This document shows positions 35,894 through 47,707 of a DNA stretch of 64,000 bases, piece by piece; position 1 is the stretch's first letter, and the number at the start of each line of letters is the position of its first letter. The notes below the pieces were generated by a model. The model was not told the DNA's origin. It saw nothing but the letters and a program-made list of their open reading frames with translations, and made no database searches. Both the position numbers and the translations under genes were made by a program. Source of the DNA: Trichodelitschia bisporula (taxonomy: Eukaryota); the NCBI GenBank assembly GCA_010356995.1, contig ML996690.1, positions 1,396,217 to 1,460,216 on the forward strand, in the 5' to 3' direction.

Positions 35894-37012
35894 TATGGGA
35901 CATCGGCTCGGTAAACGCGCTACCCACGCTTAAGAATCCGAGTTATTCCGCTTTTGCTTTATCGCCAGACCGCAAGCAGCTGGCGTCGCTAACGTTCGAC
36001 GGCACGATCAGACTATGGGACTCCGGCTTGGGAAAGGTGCTACGGACGCTTCACTACCACGGGCGCGCCATTGGGAAGATAGTCTTCTCGCCGGACAGCA
36101 AGCAGCTGGCGTCATTCGTAGGCAACTGTGTCCAGCTATGGGGATAGCGGCTCGGGAAAGGTACTACAAACACTGAAAGCCGATACCGGTGAACCTTTCT
36201 ACGTAGCCTTTTCGCCGGACGGCAAGCAGCTGGCGTCGGGTCCGTACCATGGAGACATCGAGCTTTGGGATACCGGCTCGGGAAAGATGCTACATACGCT
36301 TCGCCCCAAATGGCACATTGACAATTTGCTTAGAGCACCCTTCTCGCCGGACAGCAAGCAGCTGGCGACGGTTTCGTCCGATACGTATGAACCTTTCCGC
36401 GTAGTCTTTTCTCCGGACGGCAAGCAGCTGGCCTCGGGTCCGTCCCATGGAGGCATCAAGCTTTGGGATACCGGCTCGGGAAAGGTGCTACATACGCTTA
36501 GCAGCAATGGGGGCATTCACCGTTCGCTTAGAGCAGCACCCTTCTCGCCGCACGGCAGGCACCTGGCGACGGTTTCGTACTACGAAGGCATCACGGTTTG
36601 GGATACCGGCTCGAGAAAGGTACTACAAAAAATGAAGGCCGATGCGGATGAACCTTTCGACGTAGTCTTTTCGCCGGACGGTAAGCACCTGGCGTCGTCG
36701 TCATGCAACAATGACCAGATGTCACTCGGCATGGTGGTCCTGCTGTGGGACATTAGCTCGGGAGAGATGCTACAAACGCTGACGTTTGGGTATAGACAGG
36801 ATCTATGCGAAGCTGTAGCCTTCTCGCCGGACGGCAAGCCTCTAGTACCAAAATTGAATCATGTTCAGGGGGGATGGGTCATCATGGGCGGAGAAAGGCT
36901 TCTTTGGCTTCCCGTCGAGTACCGCAAACCGGTTTTCACAGCTTTCCACGGAGGTAGGGTTATCTTGGGCTGCGAGGACTCTGACCCATTATTCATGGAA
37001 TTCAGCAGCTAA
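35890..37012 (+). pseudogene. Second headless, diverged WD40 cassette (about 7 units) with NLR-type C-terminal tail; frameshift near 36140
   Basis: FSPDGKQLAS..LWDTGSGKVL repeats; extra G in CTATGGGGATAGC; tail LLWLPVEYRKPVFTAFHGGRVILGCEDSDPLFMEFSS*; 3' flank TAACCTCCTCCCCGCCC shared with the NLR. Confidence 0.85.
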
Positions 37013-38125
37013 AGTCATCCCTAACCTCCTCCCCGCCCTCTCCCTTTGCCTCAACCCTCATTTCCTGCTGTTTTCTTTTGAACATCGTGCGTGGTTGTAA
37101 TTTCGAGTACATAGAAACGACGATGATGAAGACCGGTGGCCATGTCGTGACAGTCTCCCGTAACCCAAGCGTCTCAAGAAACCGACATGCCCGAGCCGAA
37201 CAAGTGAAGGCCGCCGAACCCGATCGCCACGTTAGGCGTCCGGATGAAAGTGTCCCTCGCGGACGGCCAAAGGCCAGCTGAATGTCTCATGGCCACCCTG
37301 CCTGGGCGTACTTGCTGACGGGGATGGCTATGATTTTTGTGGGTGACCCTTGGGCACTTTCCCACGCCTGTGTGAAGGTTGGCCCGAAGGCAGGGCCACT
37401 CACTCACCGTCCCCCAGCGGGAGGGAATGCCACTTCAGCCGAGACGCAGCGCGAGATCTCCGTAAGAGCCCGCATGATCCCGTACTGCGGTCATATCTCC
37501 CTTCGATCGACCTTTGCTGATCCAAAATCGGTGCTCCTTTGGGGTCAGGTACGTCCCGTGATGGGACCGTGTCTGCCAGGGCACATTTCTGCTTCCAGGG
37601 AGAGGCTTGAATGAGAAGCAGATGTCCACCACGTGGTCGAGAGTCAAGGGAGGATGGACGCAGGAACGAGCCTTAAGTGCCTAAAACTGGGACAAGGACG
37701 GGAACGACAAGCAGGCACCACGCTCACCAGATAGGGGGTACAAGTCACCAACAACACATGGGGTGGAAAGTAAACCAGGGGAACAATAAAGTAGTCATTT
37801 ATTCGACATGCAAGACACTTTTGAGGCCGGAAACCCGGCTTCGAAAAAGAATAAACCAAACTCCGGCCGAGGACATGGGCCATCAGGCAACGCCATCCGC
37901 CTTGTGGTCGCTGCACCGCCGGGTATAACCTAAACCAAAAGGAATCCAGTCATGGCGACATTAAACGTGAGGAAAGCAAGTGCAGTGGATCAAGGCAGTC
38001 GGTCTAAGGAAGCGCGGGGAGGTGTAGCGAAGGGTGAACGATGTGCATACAGCACAGCGAGGGAACCTGCACGCGGCACCTCACCCGTAAGGCCTATTGT
38101 CAGGATCGATTGAGGGAGACCTGCG

Positions 38126-38654
38126 CTATGAGACAGAGGCGCCTGCCGTTGCCTGCTGTTCGTGGTCGTAGCGAAACGTACTTTGGGGGGAATTGTGGGC
38201 CGAATTCTGAGGGGAAGATTCCGGGGACGACTCCGGAGACACAATGTAGAGGTCTTTGTACTGGTTGAATACGAGCCGTTTCCAGTAAACCAACCGCGGC
38301 AGGGTGATGCAAGCAAGCGACATCTTGTAGCTCGGATACTCGGCGTACTTGTCGCGCTCCTTTTCCGGGTAGAGATCGCCCTGCTGGACGGTAATGCGAG
38401 AGTAACCGCGGGGGATAGGAATCTTGGAGCAGGCAAAGCGGGGCTCTATCGAGGCATCAGCAAGTGTTCTGGGACGAGATGGAGGGCACGGGGATGGGCC
38501 ACAAACCTTTCCCTAGTGTTTGCACGAGATCATGCTGTGACGTTGTCAACAGCCCCTCGCGATATTTGTACACCAATATGCTGCTGGTGTCGTTGGGGTC
38601 GAGACCAAACCGCTCAGTGAGCAGTGATGAGTTGGTGCTTGAGGCCTGCGACAT
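38126..38654 (-). CDS. Hypothetical orphan protein, about 155 aa (intron 38446-38506)
   Basis: GTTTGT..GCTGAT..TAG intron joins two ORFs in frame: MSQASSTN..QTLGK|EPRFACSKIPIPRGYSRITVQQGDLYPEK..LVYWKRLVFNQYKDLY..; CT-rich leader upstream. No family recognised. Confidence 0.4.
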
Positions 38655-39377
38655 CGTGAGGCGTGAACCGTTAGGGCGTGCGGTGTCTCTGTCGGTTGTG
38701 TTTAACGTAGCCGTAGCTTATGCTGGTGCCTGGGGGAGGCGTTAGGTTGGAAAGGCTTTTTGAAGGAGAAGGGCGAGGTGGTTTGTGAGTTGAAGAAGAG
38801 AAAGTGAGGCCAGTGTGAGTTGAAGTGATTGGGACAGGGCTGGGGAGTGCTCGTGGTGTGATGCAAGCGTGGCTGACGTCGTGGCGCCACAAAGCGACTT
38901 GTTTAGGACTTGACGAGTAGGATGCGGGGAAAGAGATTCAAGTGCGAGTCACAAGCGCGTCGAAACGCCCTTAGGGACGAGAATACGCATCCACCCGCCC
39001 AATCAATGTGCAGGTGAGGGTGATATGTGAGGGGCTTTGGAGATGCACAGCCCCATCAGTATCGCATCGGAGCTCTCCGTCCACCGGGAACTGCCTTGGC
39101 TACCGTCCATTAGTGAGCCTTGGCCTGTGAGCCCGCAGAGGATTACCAGTACTTTCGATGCACGTGACAATGGTGATGGAATTGCCCAGCTTGACCGACA
39201 CACAACCACCACACCTAGCCAGTCTCGCTTCCATCTCCGCTTTGCGGCTTTGTCGACAACCAAGGAAACCCCCACTCGACATACCCGACTCATCGCCACA
39301 ACTATCCCTCGCCCACCTCATACGCTACCTCTACATCACTCTACGCTCCGCAACCACGTCTACACCGCCCCGCAGTC

Positions 39378-39809
39378 ATGGGCTCCGTCGTCCTGCCTCA
39401 TCTCGTCACTGGTTGGCACGTCGACCAGGCTATCCTCAGCGAGGAGGAACGCCTGGTTGTCATCCGTTTCGGTCGCGACTGGGACAAGGATTGCATGCGC
39501 CAGGATGAGGTACTCTACCGCATCGCCGACCGCGTGAAGAACTTCGCTGTCATCTATGTCTGCGACCTCGATCAAGTCCCTGACTTCAAGCAAATGTACG
39601 AACTCTACGACCCTATGACCATCATGTTCTTCTTCCGCAACAAGCACATGATGTGCGACTTCGGCACGGGCAACAACAACAAGTTGAACTGGGTGCTGGA
39701 GGACAAGCAGGAGCTTATCGATATCATCGAGACCATCTATCGTGGCGCAAAGAAGGGGCGGGGTCTGGTTGTCAGCCCTAAGGACTACTCGACGCGCTAC
39801 CGCTACTGA
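39378..39809 (+). CDS. DIB1: U5 snRNP thioredoxin-like protein Dib1/Dim1
   Basis: MGSVVLPHL..WHVDQAILSEEERLVVIRFG..GTGNNNK..GRGLVVSPKDYSTRYRY, 143 aa. Confidence 0.98.
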   Translation: MGSVVLPHLVTGWHVDQAILSEEERLVVIRFGRDWDKDCMRQDEVLYRIADRVKNFAVIYVCDLDQVPDFKQMYELYDPMTIMFFFRNKHMMCDFGTGNNNKLNWVLEDKQELIDIIETIYRGAKKGRGLVVSPKDYSTRYRY

Positions 39810-40129
39810 GCTACTGAGCGGGGTTGCGTGTGCGCGTTGCGTGGCGCATGGGCATTTGGTCGGTCTCACTGTCTGAAAATTTGCGCTCGATATCAGGCTA
39901 ATGACAATTCATGAAACTCTTTAACGTTTGAATACTGCAGTGCTCATGGTTTCTAGCTTAGGCATTGCAGCTGAAAAGTCTGTCTCCTCTCTAAAGTTTC
40001 ACCTCCAGCGGTAGGCGTTGCCATAAAAAAGCTGCTCACACCCAGGAAACTCACCACCACATGAACTGTGCCAGGGCAATCCAGAACCGTGCCTCAATGA
40101 AGCTCAACTAGGTATTACTATTGCGATAT

Positions 40130-40611
40130 TTAGATCATCAACCGCTCCACGTTGTTCTTGACCGCGCGGATCTGGTTGTTCAAGTCGCTAGCCTCGTTGG
40201 TCGTGATGCTGGCAGCAATGACGGCGCGGCTAACACCGCAGGCACGGCCCAGCGCCATCTTGCTCGGCACGTAGACGTACGGGACATTCTTGTCCTCAGC
40301 GAGAAGTGGCAGATGCAAGAGGATGGCAAGAGGGGTGGTATCTGATAGATAGTTAGTCACTGATCACTGCCCTTTGCACAAGTGAGAAGCGTACCGGCGG
40401 CAAGGACGATAAGCTCCGAGATACCGCGATTCAAAGTCTTGGTAGCCTCGTTGGCACCCTTCTTGAGCTGGCGGTAATGCGACGCCTGCTGGGTCAGATC
40501 CAGGATGGTCTGGGTGAGCGCTTCATCGGCCAGAGGCCAGGCTGCGTCGAAAGTCAGTGCTGCCTCTCCGCCTTAAGCCAAGGAGTACTTACCAGCGGAG
40601 CGGTCATCCAT
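40130..40611 (-). CDS. SNU13: U4/U6 and box C/D snoRNP protein Snu13 (15.5K); two introns (about 40542-40592, 40343-40394)
   Basis: [75 protein letters not shown]. Confidence 0.97.
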
Positions 40612-41055
40612 AATTGCGGATAGTTGCGTCGTTGAAGGGTTCACGGCCTTGTAGTTGTGGGCTCGCCCTTCGCTGGATGGATTGCCGAGTGCGGGTGTAT
40701 GAGTAGTCAAATTGCTTTCAGACTTGGGAAATCTTCAAAAAAAAGTTCCGCAGGGGTTCGACGGAGAGGAGGAGCGTTGAGACCGGGCCGTAGTTATTCC
40801 AGAGTTCAACTGTATAGAAATTGACGGCGCGCGGTCGGCCTGCACCGCCACACCAACATTGCTTGGCATGTGGCTGCCGCGACCACCAAATCCATCACCC
40901 GCGTCTCCCATCCTCCTCAACTCCCAACTCCAACACCGTCGCCATCACCAAATCTTCACTTCTTCCCCAAGTGAATCTTCCCTCGGAAAGCATCCATATC
41001 TGCATGCTCACACCGTACATCACCACCACGTCCCCTCGCCGCATGATCTGACGCG

Positions 41056-42705
41056 ATGGCGACTCCACCGGGCCAGCCGCCGTATGCGCGCCCTCCTCCT
41101 CTCAACATCGACACTCAGTCGTTCCCTCCGCAAAAGCGCCCGTACCAGTCGCCGAGTACGCCGCAGTATGGCTCACCATACGGAACACCTCCCCCCCTCC
41201 AACAGCAGCAGCAACAGCTGCACTCTCAGCTCCATCACGCCGTCCCGCAGCAACAAATGCACCAGCAGCCTCTCCAACAATACAATGGAGGCAATCATTA
41301 CCACAGCGCGTACGCTGCGCCGCCCGCGCACAATTCATATTCTCAGCATCCGCAGGTTGGCTCCATGGGCCCGCCTCCGGTGCGCATGGAGCCGGAGGCA
41401 GCCAAGGAACGGCTTGAGAAGCGCTCCAAAGGCACTGACATGGATGCAACGTTCGACATGCTGGCGGTCACTGGTGTTGATCTGAAGAAAGAAGAAGAGA
41501 TGATCTCATCGGCGTATCGTGGCACCGACATGTCTTACAACTCGGACTTCACGCAGCAGTACTGGACGTCCGATGGCCAGCACAACTCTCGCCAGCTCTC
41601 TCAAAATGAGACCAACGCGCTTCGTTGGCAAAATGCCGCCCGCCAGAAGGCGCAGGTGCAGGCTAGCCCCGTCAACGATCCTCTCTTGCATCCTGGAAAT
41701 GTCTACCAGCGCATCGAGAGAGCCGCTACCGCGCACAAGGTCCTCGCCGCGCAGCCGTTGAAGCCGGAGCCCCATCCTGGTGTCAGGCAGCGCTATGACC
41801 CCTACCGCGACAACCAGGTCACAGACATGATCTCATTGCTTTCGCTAGCTGCCGGTGAGCGCCTTCGCTCGGTCTTTGACGACGCTCTCGCCGCCGCACG
41901 CGCCCGCCAGCGCGACCTACAAGGTGTCGTGCCGCCCGAGTGGGCTGATATCGCCACGGGAGATGGCAACCCTCAATCTGCAAAGGCGACATCGCAACCG
42001 CTCACGCAGACTGCGTGGGATGACCGTCCTCGCAAGCGCGACGCGACCGAAGCTTTCGATGAGTCAGAACACCAGAACACGCGTGCGACCACCCCGCCAC
42101 CCCAACCCCAGTCGACTATCGCCTATAAGCCGGAAGTCGTTCCCATGCTGCAAAAGGTCGCGCGTGAGGACCTTGAGTTCGAGCAGCGCCGTATTGCACG
42201 CCGTAAGAAGCGTGAGGCTGCCCGTCTCGCTGAAGATCCGCTGTCTGCGCTGGGCACGCCGGGTAGTACCCCTGCGGCTACGCCCGCACCGGAGCCTAAA
42301 ATGACTAAGAAGGAACGCGAGCGTCAGGCCAAAGGTGGGCACCAGACCGAGCAGATCCTCCACGCGCAAGCGAATCTGGCTGCGACTATGGCACTGGGCC
42401 CTGCCAAAAAGACATACTCGTGGCTGAGTGGTGGTCGTTCCGGGGGCGGTGGCGGCAGTGGCTCGTTCAGTGCTGGTCGGGGTATGGCGACGAAAGGCAA
42501 GGAGAAGAAGGAGGAGCAGGTTGAGCGTGGGCTGGAGAGTCGCGAGGCGTGGAAGACGCTGGGCAGTTGGACGGAGAGTGGACCTCGTGGGCGGGGCATC
42601 CAGCTTCGTGATGTGGCTAGGGCGCTGGAGGAGAGGCGCCTTGAGCGGCGGACTATGGCTCGGTTGTGTCAGCGGTTTCAGACGCTCGGTGATAAGGACC
42701 GCTAA
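41056..42705 (+). CDS. TAF4: TFIID subunit Taf4-like protein
   Basis: FDMLAVTGVDLKKEEE, LLSLAAGERLRSVFDDALAAARAR (histone fold), QANLAATMALG..KKTYSWL, GIQLRDVARALE. Confidence 0.82.
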   Translation: MATPPGQPPYARPPPLNIDTQSFPPQKRPYQSPSTPQYGSPYGTPPPLQQQQQQLHSQLHHAVPQQQMHQQPLQQYNGGNHYHSAYAAPPAHNSYSQHPQVGSMGPPPVRMEPEAAKERLEKRSKGTDMDATFDMLAVTGVDLKKEEEMISSAYRGTDMSYNSDFTQQYWTSDGQHNSRQLSQNETNALRWQNAARQKAQVQASPVNDPLLHPGNVYQRIERAATAHKVLAAQPLKPEPHPGVRQRYDPYRDNQVTDMISLLSLAAGERLRSVFDDALAAARARQRDLQGVVPPEWADIATGDGNPQSAKATSQPLTQTAWDDRPRKRDATEAFDESEHQNTRATTPPPQPQSTIAYKPEVVPMLQKVAREDLEFEQRRIARRKKREAARLAEDPLSALGTPGSTPAATPAPEPKMTKKERERQAKGGHQTEQILHAQANLAATMALGPAKKTYSWLSGGRSGGGGGSGSFSAGRGMATKGKEKKEEQVERGLESREAWKTLGSWTESGPRGRGIQLRDVARALEERRLERRTMARLCQRFQTLGDKDR

Positions 42706-42974
42706 TGGGTGTTTCGGCGTTTCGGCGGTGATACCTGGTTGTGGGTGTTCGGCAGCGTGTACGGTGTGAAATCGGCGCGCGGGTATTGTGGCGTGGATTC
42801 TTCGGGCGCTGCATTGTAGATGTGGGGGGTATATCGGCACCTTCTACATAGATCAAGCGAGATGAATAAATAATGTCATGTCGCTGAATCTATGTCATGA
42901 AGTGCTGCTTCCATTCCTCGTGAGTATCTACGCGCACGCCCATCTACACCTCCCCGACTACCGTACCCGCACCC

Positions 42975-44134
42975 TTAGATCCCCCGATTAAACTCAACCA
43001 GCACATCCTCGCCCCCAGCCCGCTCCACAATCTCCCCCTCCAACCTCCCCGCCTTCACCGCCTGTCGCACAGGAAACGCGCCCAGCGCAAGCGGCAACGC
43101 AAAAATACTCGTCACAAGAATCAACCCCAAATTAACCGGCAGCACCATACGCGGCCGCTGCGCCAACCACGCACTCCGCTGCAAGCGCACCAGAATCAGC
43201 GGCGGGAGTACCATAATCGGCGTCGCATTGAGCACGCGCGACAGGGCCGTTTCCGAAACGGCAATCAGGGCGGCGGTGCGCGAGCGGCCGAGGGACTCCG
43301 GCTGCTCGTGGACGGTGTCGGCGGGGGACTTGCTGTCTGCGGCCGAGGGAGCGGGAGGGGGCCGGAAGACGTCGATACCGCGGCGGATTTCCTCGCCGCG
43401 CATGAGGAAGACGTTGAGCGCGCCCGCACTCGCGACGGCAGCGAAGGGCACCAGGCGGCCCAGGACTATGCGGGCGGTTTCACGGACGCGCAGGCGCGGC
43501 ACTAGGGCGTTTAGGCCGAGGGCTACGCCGCAGGAGGCGCTGACGGCGAGGAGGTAAGATTTTACGAGGGTAGCGGTGGAGAGGGGGGTGGATTTGTTAG
43601 CATTGGAGCTGTTGATTGCGACGTTTAGGGACTGGTTGGCTATTTGCCAGGCGAGTGTGCCGCGGGTCTGGGATGTGTTAGAGAGGGATGGGGGTTGGGG
43701 AAGGGTGGTGGACCTTTAGGTTTGGTGTGAGCATGCCGGCTGTTACGATGAGGTTGGAGATGACGAAGCAGCTCATGCGGAAGGGGAGAAGCACGGGGGT
43801 GCCGGTATCTGGTATCGGCATCAGCATCGACACCCCGCTACGGAGTCGTTCTCCCTTCTCCCGTTATTTCTCCAAGCGGGGGCTGAGGAAACACACCCGG
43901 ATGCAGCGTCGCATCGACGACCTTCTTCGCTTGCCAGAACTCTAAAGTCGTGTGCCTCAGTTGGCCAGTCTTGTACGCCGACACCACGGCTTTGGCTTGC
44001 TCGAGCCCGGCGGAAGAGACGAGAAGCGTTCGCGGGTCGCTTAGGTCGGCTGCATGACGGACGCGGCCCCAGTATGAGGAGAGGTCGTATTGAGATGCTG
44101 GGAGGGGACGCGACCCGGGGAGTGAGGCCGACAT
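42975..44134 (-). CDS. FSF1: Sideroflexin / mitochondrial tricarboxylate-carrier family (two introns)
   Basis: YDLSSYWGRVRH..DPRTL, DATLHP|DTGTPVLLPFRMS, WQIANQSLNVAIN..NANKS, VPFAAVASA, C-terminal FNRGI*. Confidence 0.92.
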
Positions 44135-44616
44135 TCTAGCTGCAATGCGGAGAGCCGGTGAAGTTGATAAGAGAAAGGAGCGGGATCGCAGCAGATATGA
44201 CGTATGGAGGTGGAGGTGGAGGAAAGGATAGCTACTACAGTACTGTCCACGATCAGTACTTGGTGAAAGCAGACATCTGACAGCAGATCGTACCTCAATG
44301 CCCTTCCGTAGCCCCAGTAGCTGTCAATCAGTTGTTATCATGCTCGGACTGCCCCGCCCCATAAAATTTCCCGTGTCGCGCCTCACAAGCTCCCCCCCGC
44401 CAATCGCGCACTGACCAAGCTTTGACCAAAATCTTGGCATGGCAGAATAACGGGAAGGGTTCTCGCGCCAGACCGCCTTGGACGCGAAACATTTGTTCGC
44501 CCGTTGTGTCTTCGACTTCCTCTCGCAACAAAGAGCCCACATCCGACGACGAAGTTCACCACAGCGAAGCTCAACGCCCACTCTCCCTTCCCGCACCCTT
44601 CAGATCCAAAGATAAA

Positions 44617-45233
44617 ATGTCGGACTACGGTGAAGAACAAGGTGAAGACAACTTCTCGTCCGTACCCCTCCAACCCCCACCCGCCACAATGCTAACCATC
44701 ACAGTGACGGTGGCTTCGACGACTACGAACCCGAGGAGCCGCTGGAGGAGGACTTCGGCGAGAACGGTGACGAGCTCGACGATCCGAATGCCAAAGTCCC
44801 CGAGGGCACGTCAGCGGTGAACAACAACGATCCTAGCGCCGCCAGCGCCGCGGGATCGAAGCAGGCTCGGAACACGGTGGCCGAAGTGCGCGCGAGGCAG
44901 GTGCCGAAAGCGGAGCGGAAGACTACTCCATACATGACGAAGTACGAGCGTGCGCGCATCCTTGGGACTCGCGCGCTGCAGATTAGGTTCGTCGGACTAC
45001 GTGGAGGGCCGCCTGGGTTGCTAATTGTGTGAAGCATGAATGCGCCGGTTCTTGTCGATCTTGAGGGGGAGACGGATCCGCTTCAGATTGCGCTGAAGGA
45101 GCTGCGTGAGAAGAAGATCCCGCTCATCGTCCGTCGCTATCTTCCCGATGGCTGGTATGTCCGCTTACCCCTTGACCTTTCCCCACTAACACCGTCTAGG
45201 TACGAGGACTGGTCGTGCGAAGAGCTTCTCTGA
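44617..45233 (+). CDS. RPO26: RNA polymerase I/II/III shared subunit Rpb6 (introns about 44658-44704, 44987-45034, 45155-45199)
   Basis: [67 protein letters not shown]. Confidence 0.97.
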
Positions 45234-45650
45234 GCATCCCATCAACTTCAGTTTGCATATCTCTGGCGTTTCTTCTCAAAACGGACATGGAAAACTCCGG
45301 TCCCGGTGTGATGGATCGGAGTTGGCGCATGGGCGTTTAGAAGTCATAGGCGGCGGCTCAAGTCTTCACATTTTGCAGTTTGTTAAAGTTTACTGGGAAG
45401 CAGTACTGAGTCTAATGGTTTGTTGGGTATAATCGCAGTACATGGTGCCCGAAGTCGACTGTTGTCATCATTAAGGGCACCCAAGCCATAGGGCGCCTAG
45501 TGAAGCGGTTTCCTTGCAAGCTATTTGCATATGAAATGAAATTTCTTGACGCAAGTCATAAAACATTTCAAACCATCAACGCCTTGCGATTGAGAGGGAC
45601 AGCCTTCGCGCCGCAAATAGCACACTCCTGCGTCTACAAAAGCCCAGCTT

Positions 45651-47707
45651 CTATTTCCCCTTTCCAGAGTCCTCTTTCAAAGTCACAATCTGGTTCAGCA
45701 CCAGCTTGTCGCCCTCAGACTCCGGATCCACACAGAAATATCCTGTCCGCACAGCCTGGAACCGCACCAGGTCATCGCTAGCATGGCTAGGGCTTGCAGC
45801 ATGTTCCTTCCGCAGCTCCGCGAAAGCAGGCTCGATCTTCGCATTCGGCCAGACGATCTCGCTCTCTGGGTTCAGGTCGTTGGCATACCCGCCCTCCTTC
45901 CAGTCCAGCGAGTTCGGCTCCTCGCACTTGAACAGCGTATTGTACTGCCGCGCCGTTACATCGAGGCCCTCGGTGCCGACCCAGTGAATGAACGCCTTGG
46001 GCTTCACGCCCTCGACCTTGCTAACGCGGATCAGGCTGACGCGCCCCTCGTCGTCTTCTTCGAAGGACTCGCACTTCACGGAGAAGGGCGCGTTCTGCAG
46101 GCCAACAGTCTTGCCAGGCGCAAGCCGGAAAAAGTCCGGGCTGTCGACTTTGCGGAAGTCGCCGCGCTCAATATACACCGTGCTCGTAAAGGGCATGACG
46201 CGGCTTGCTCCCTCGGGAGCCTTGGGGTCGTACGGAACCTTGACATCCACGCGGTAGTCGTCGGGCAGGCCGTCGATGACGACTTTGACGGGGTCAAGGA
46301 CGAGCATGATGCGCGGTACCGTGCGCTCGAGGTACTTGCGGATGCTGGATTCGAACTTGTATGTCTGGATCACGGTGAGCGAGGTGGTGACGCCGAGTTC
46401 GGAAACGAAGTTGAGGAGGGCCTGGGCGGGCACGCCGCGGCGCCGGATGGCGACGAGAGTGTAGAGGCGAGGGTCGTCCCAGCCGCGCACGGCGGGTGGC
46501 ACATGCTTTGTAGATGTGGTGCCGTCGGGATTCTTGATTGTCAGAGTAGCTCCGTTGACTAGCATGGTGATGCGTCTCTTGGAGAGGATGGTGCCTTCTA
46601 CGTTGAGACGACCGTACCTGAAACTGTCAGACACAAATAGAGGGACGACTGATACACCACCTACTCTCGCTGCATAGGGCCCTTCTCTTCGGAACCCGGA
46701 ACCTTCATGTCGAACTGTTCCAACAACCAGTCATACGACTGGCGGGACAGGTAGAACTCGGTAGTGCAGAGGGAGTGCGAAATCTCTTCGAAAGCATCGC
46801 ATAGACAGTGCGTGAAGTCGTACGTAGGGTAAATTTTCCACTTGTCCTTGGTCTGCGGATGCCAGCTGTTCTCGAGGACTCGGTATGCCGCGAGGTCCCA
46901 CATCTGGGGATTGCCCTCCTTGGGGTCCGTTAGGCTCTGCTTCATGCGCAAATGCGCTTCTCCTGGCTTGTATTCTCCATCCCGCATGGCGCGGAACTTG
47001 GCTAGTGACTCCTCAGTTGGCCGCTCCCGGTGAGCGCAGCCATAACGGGGACTGCGGTTGTCTGGCCCACCACGCTGGAGGTTTACTTCTTCCTCTTCGA
47101 GCTGTCAGCCTCGCACCTCTAGCAGAGGACCTTGCTTACTCGAACAATGGCAAACATAAGCCTTATCTTTCCTGATCAACTCTTCTGCCAGCTCGTAGAG
47201 TCTGTCAAAATGGTCACTGCTGTGCGTGACCTGGTAAGGCTCAAAGCCCAGCCACCGCACCATCTCCTTGATAGAGTTGAAGAAGACCTCCTCCTCCTTC
47301 TCCGGATTCGTATCGTCGAAGCGTAGAAAGCAAATACCGCCATGGTGCTTGGCCATGCCGAAGTTCACAGCAATCGCCTTCGCATGTCCGATATGAAGAT
47401 ACCCGTTAGGCTCTGGGGGGAATCGCGTGCGGACCGCAACGGGCTTCTCCTCGTACACGCGCTTAAGCCAGCCTTCTGCGAACATATTCGTAGGCGGTGC
47501 GGCAGGAGCATCGGTGGCCGCAGGCTTCGCGGGCTTGGGCGCCTTGGGCTCCTTGGGTCGTGTCGCCAACTCCTTCTTCTTCTCGGCCTTCTCTGCCTTC
47601 TTTCTTGCCTTTTCCAGGGCTCTCTTTGACGGCCCCTTCTCCTCTGCTTCTTCAGCCTGCTCCGGGGCCGTAGAGGCCTCCTTGGAGGGTTCGGTGGGGG
47701 TCTCCAT
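45651..47707 (-). CDS. GLN4: Glutaminyl-tRNA synthetase (introns about 47096-47139, 46618-46664)
   Basis: [71 protein letters not shown]. Confidence 0.93.

Noticed and set aside
31741..37012. RIP mutation of the duplicated WD arrays
   Set aside because: Repeats remain GC-rich with abundant CpA/TpG. Two TAG stops could derive from CAG, but there is no dense C-to-T signature.
37100..38000. Transposase or recombinase remnant that might drive cassette inversion
   Set aside because: No DDE, tyrosine-recombinase or RT motifs recognisable in any frame.
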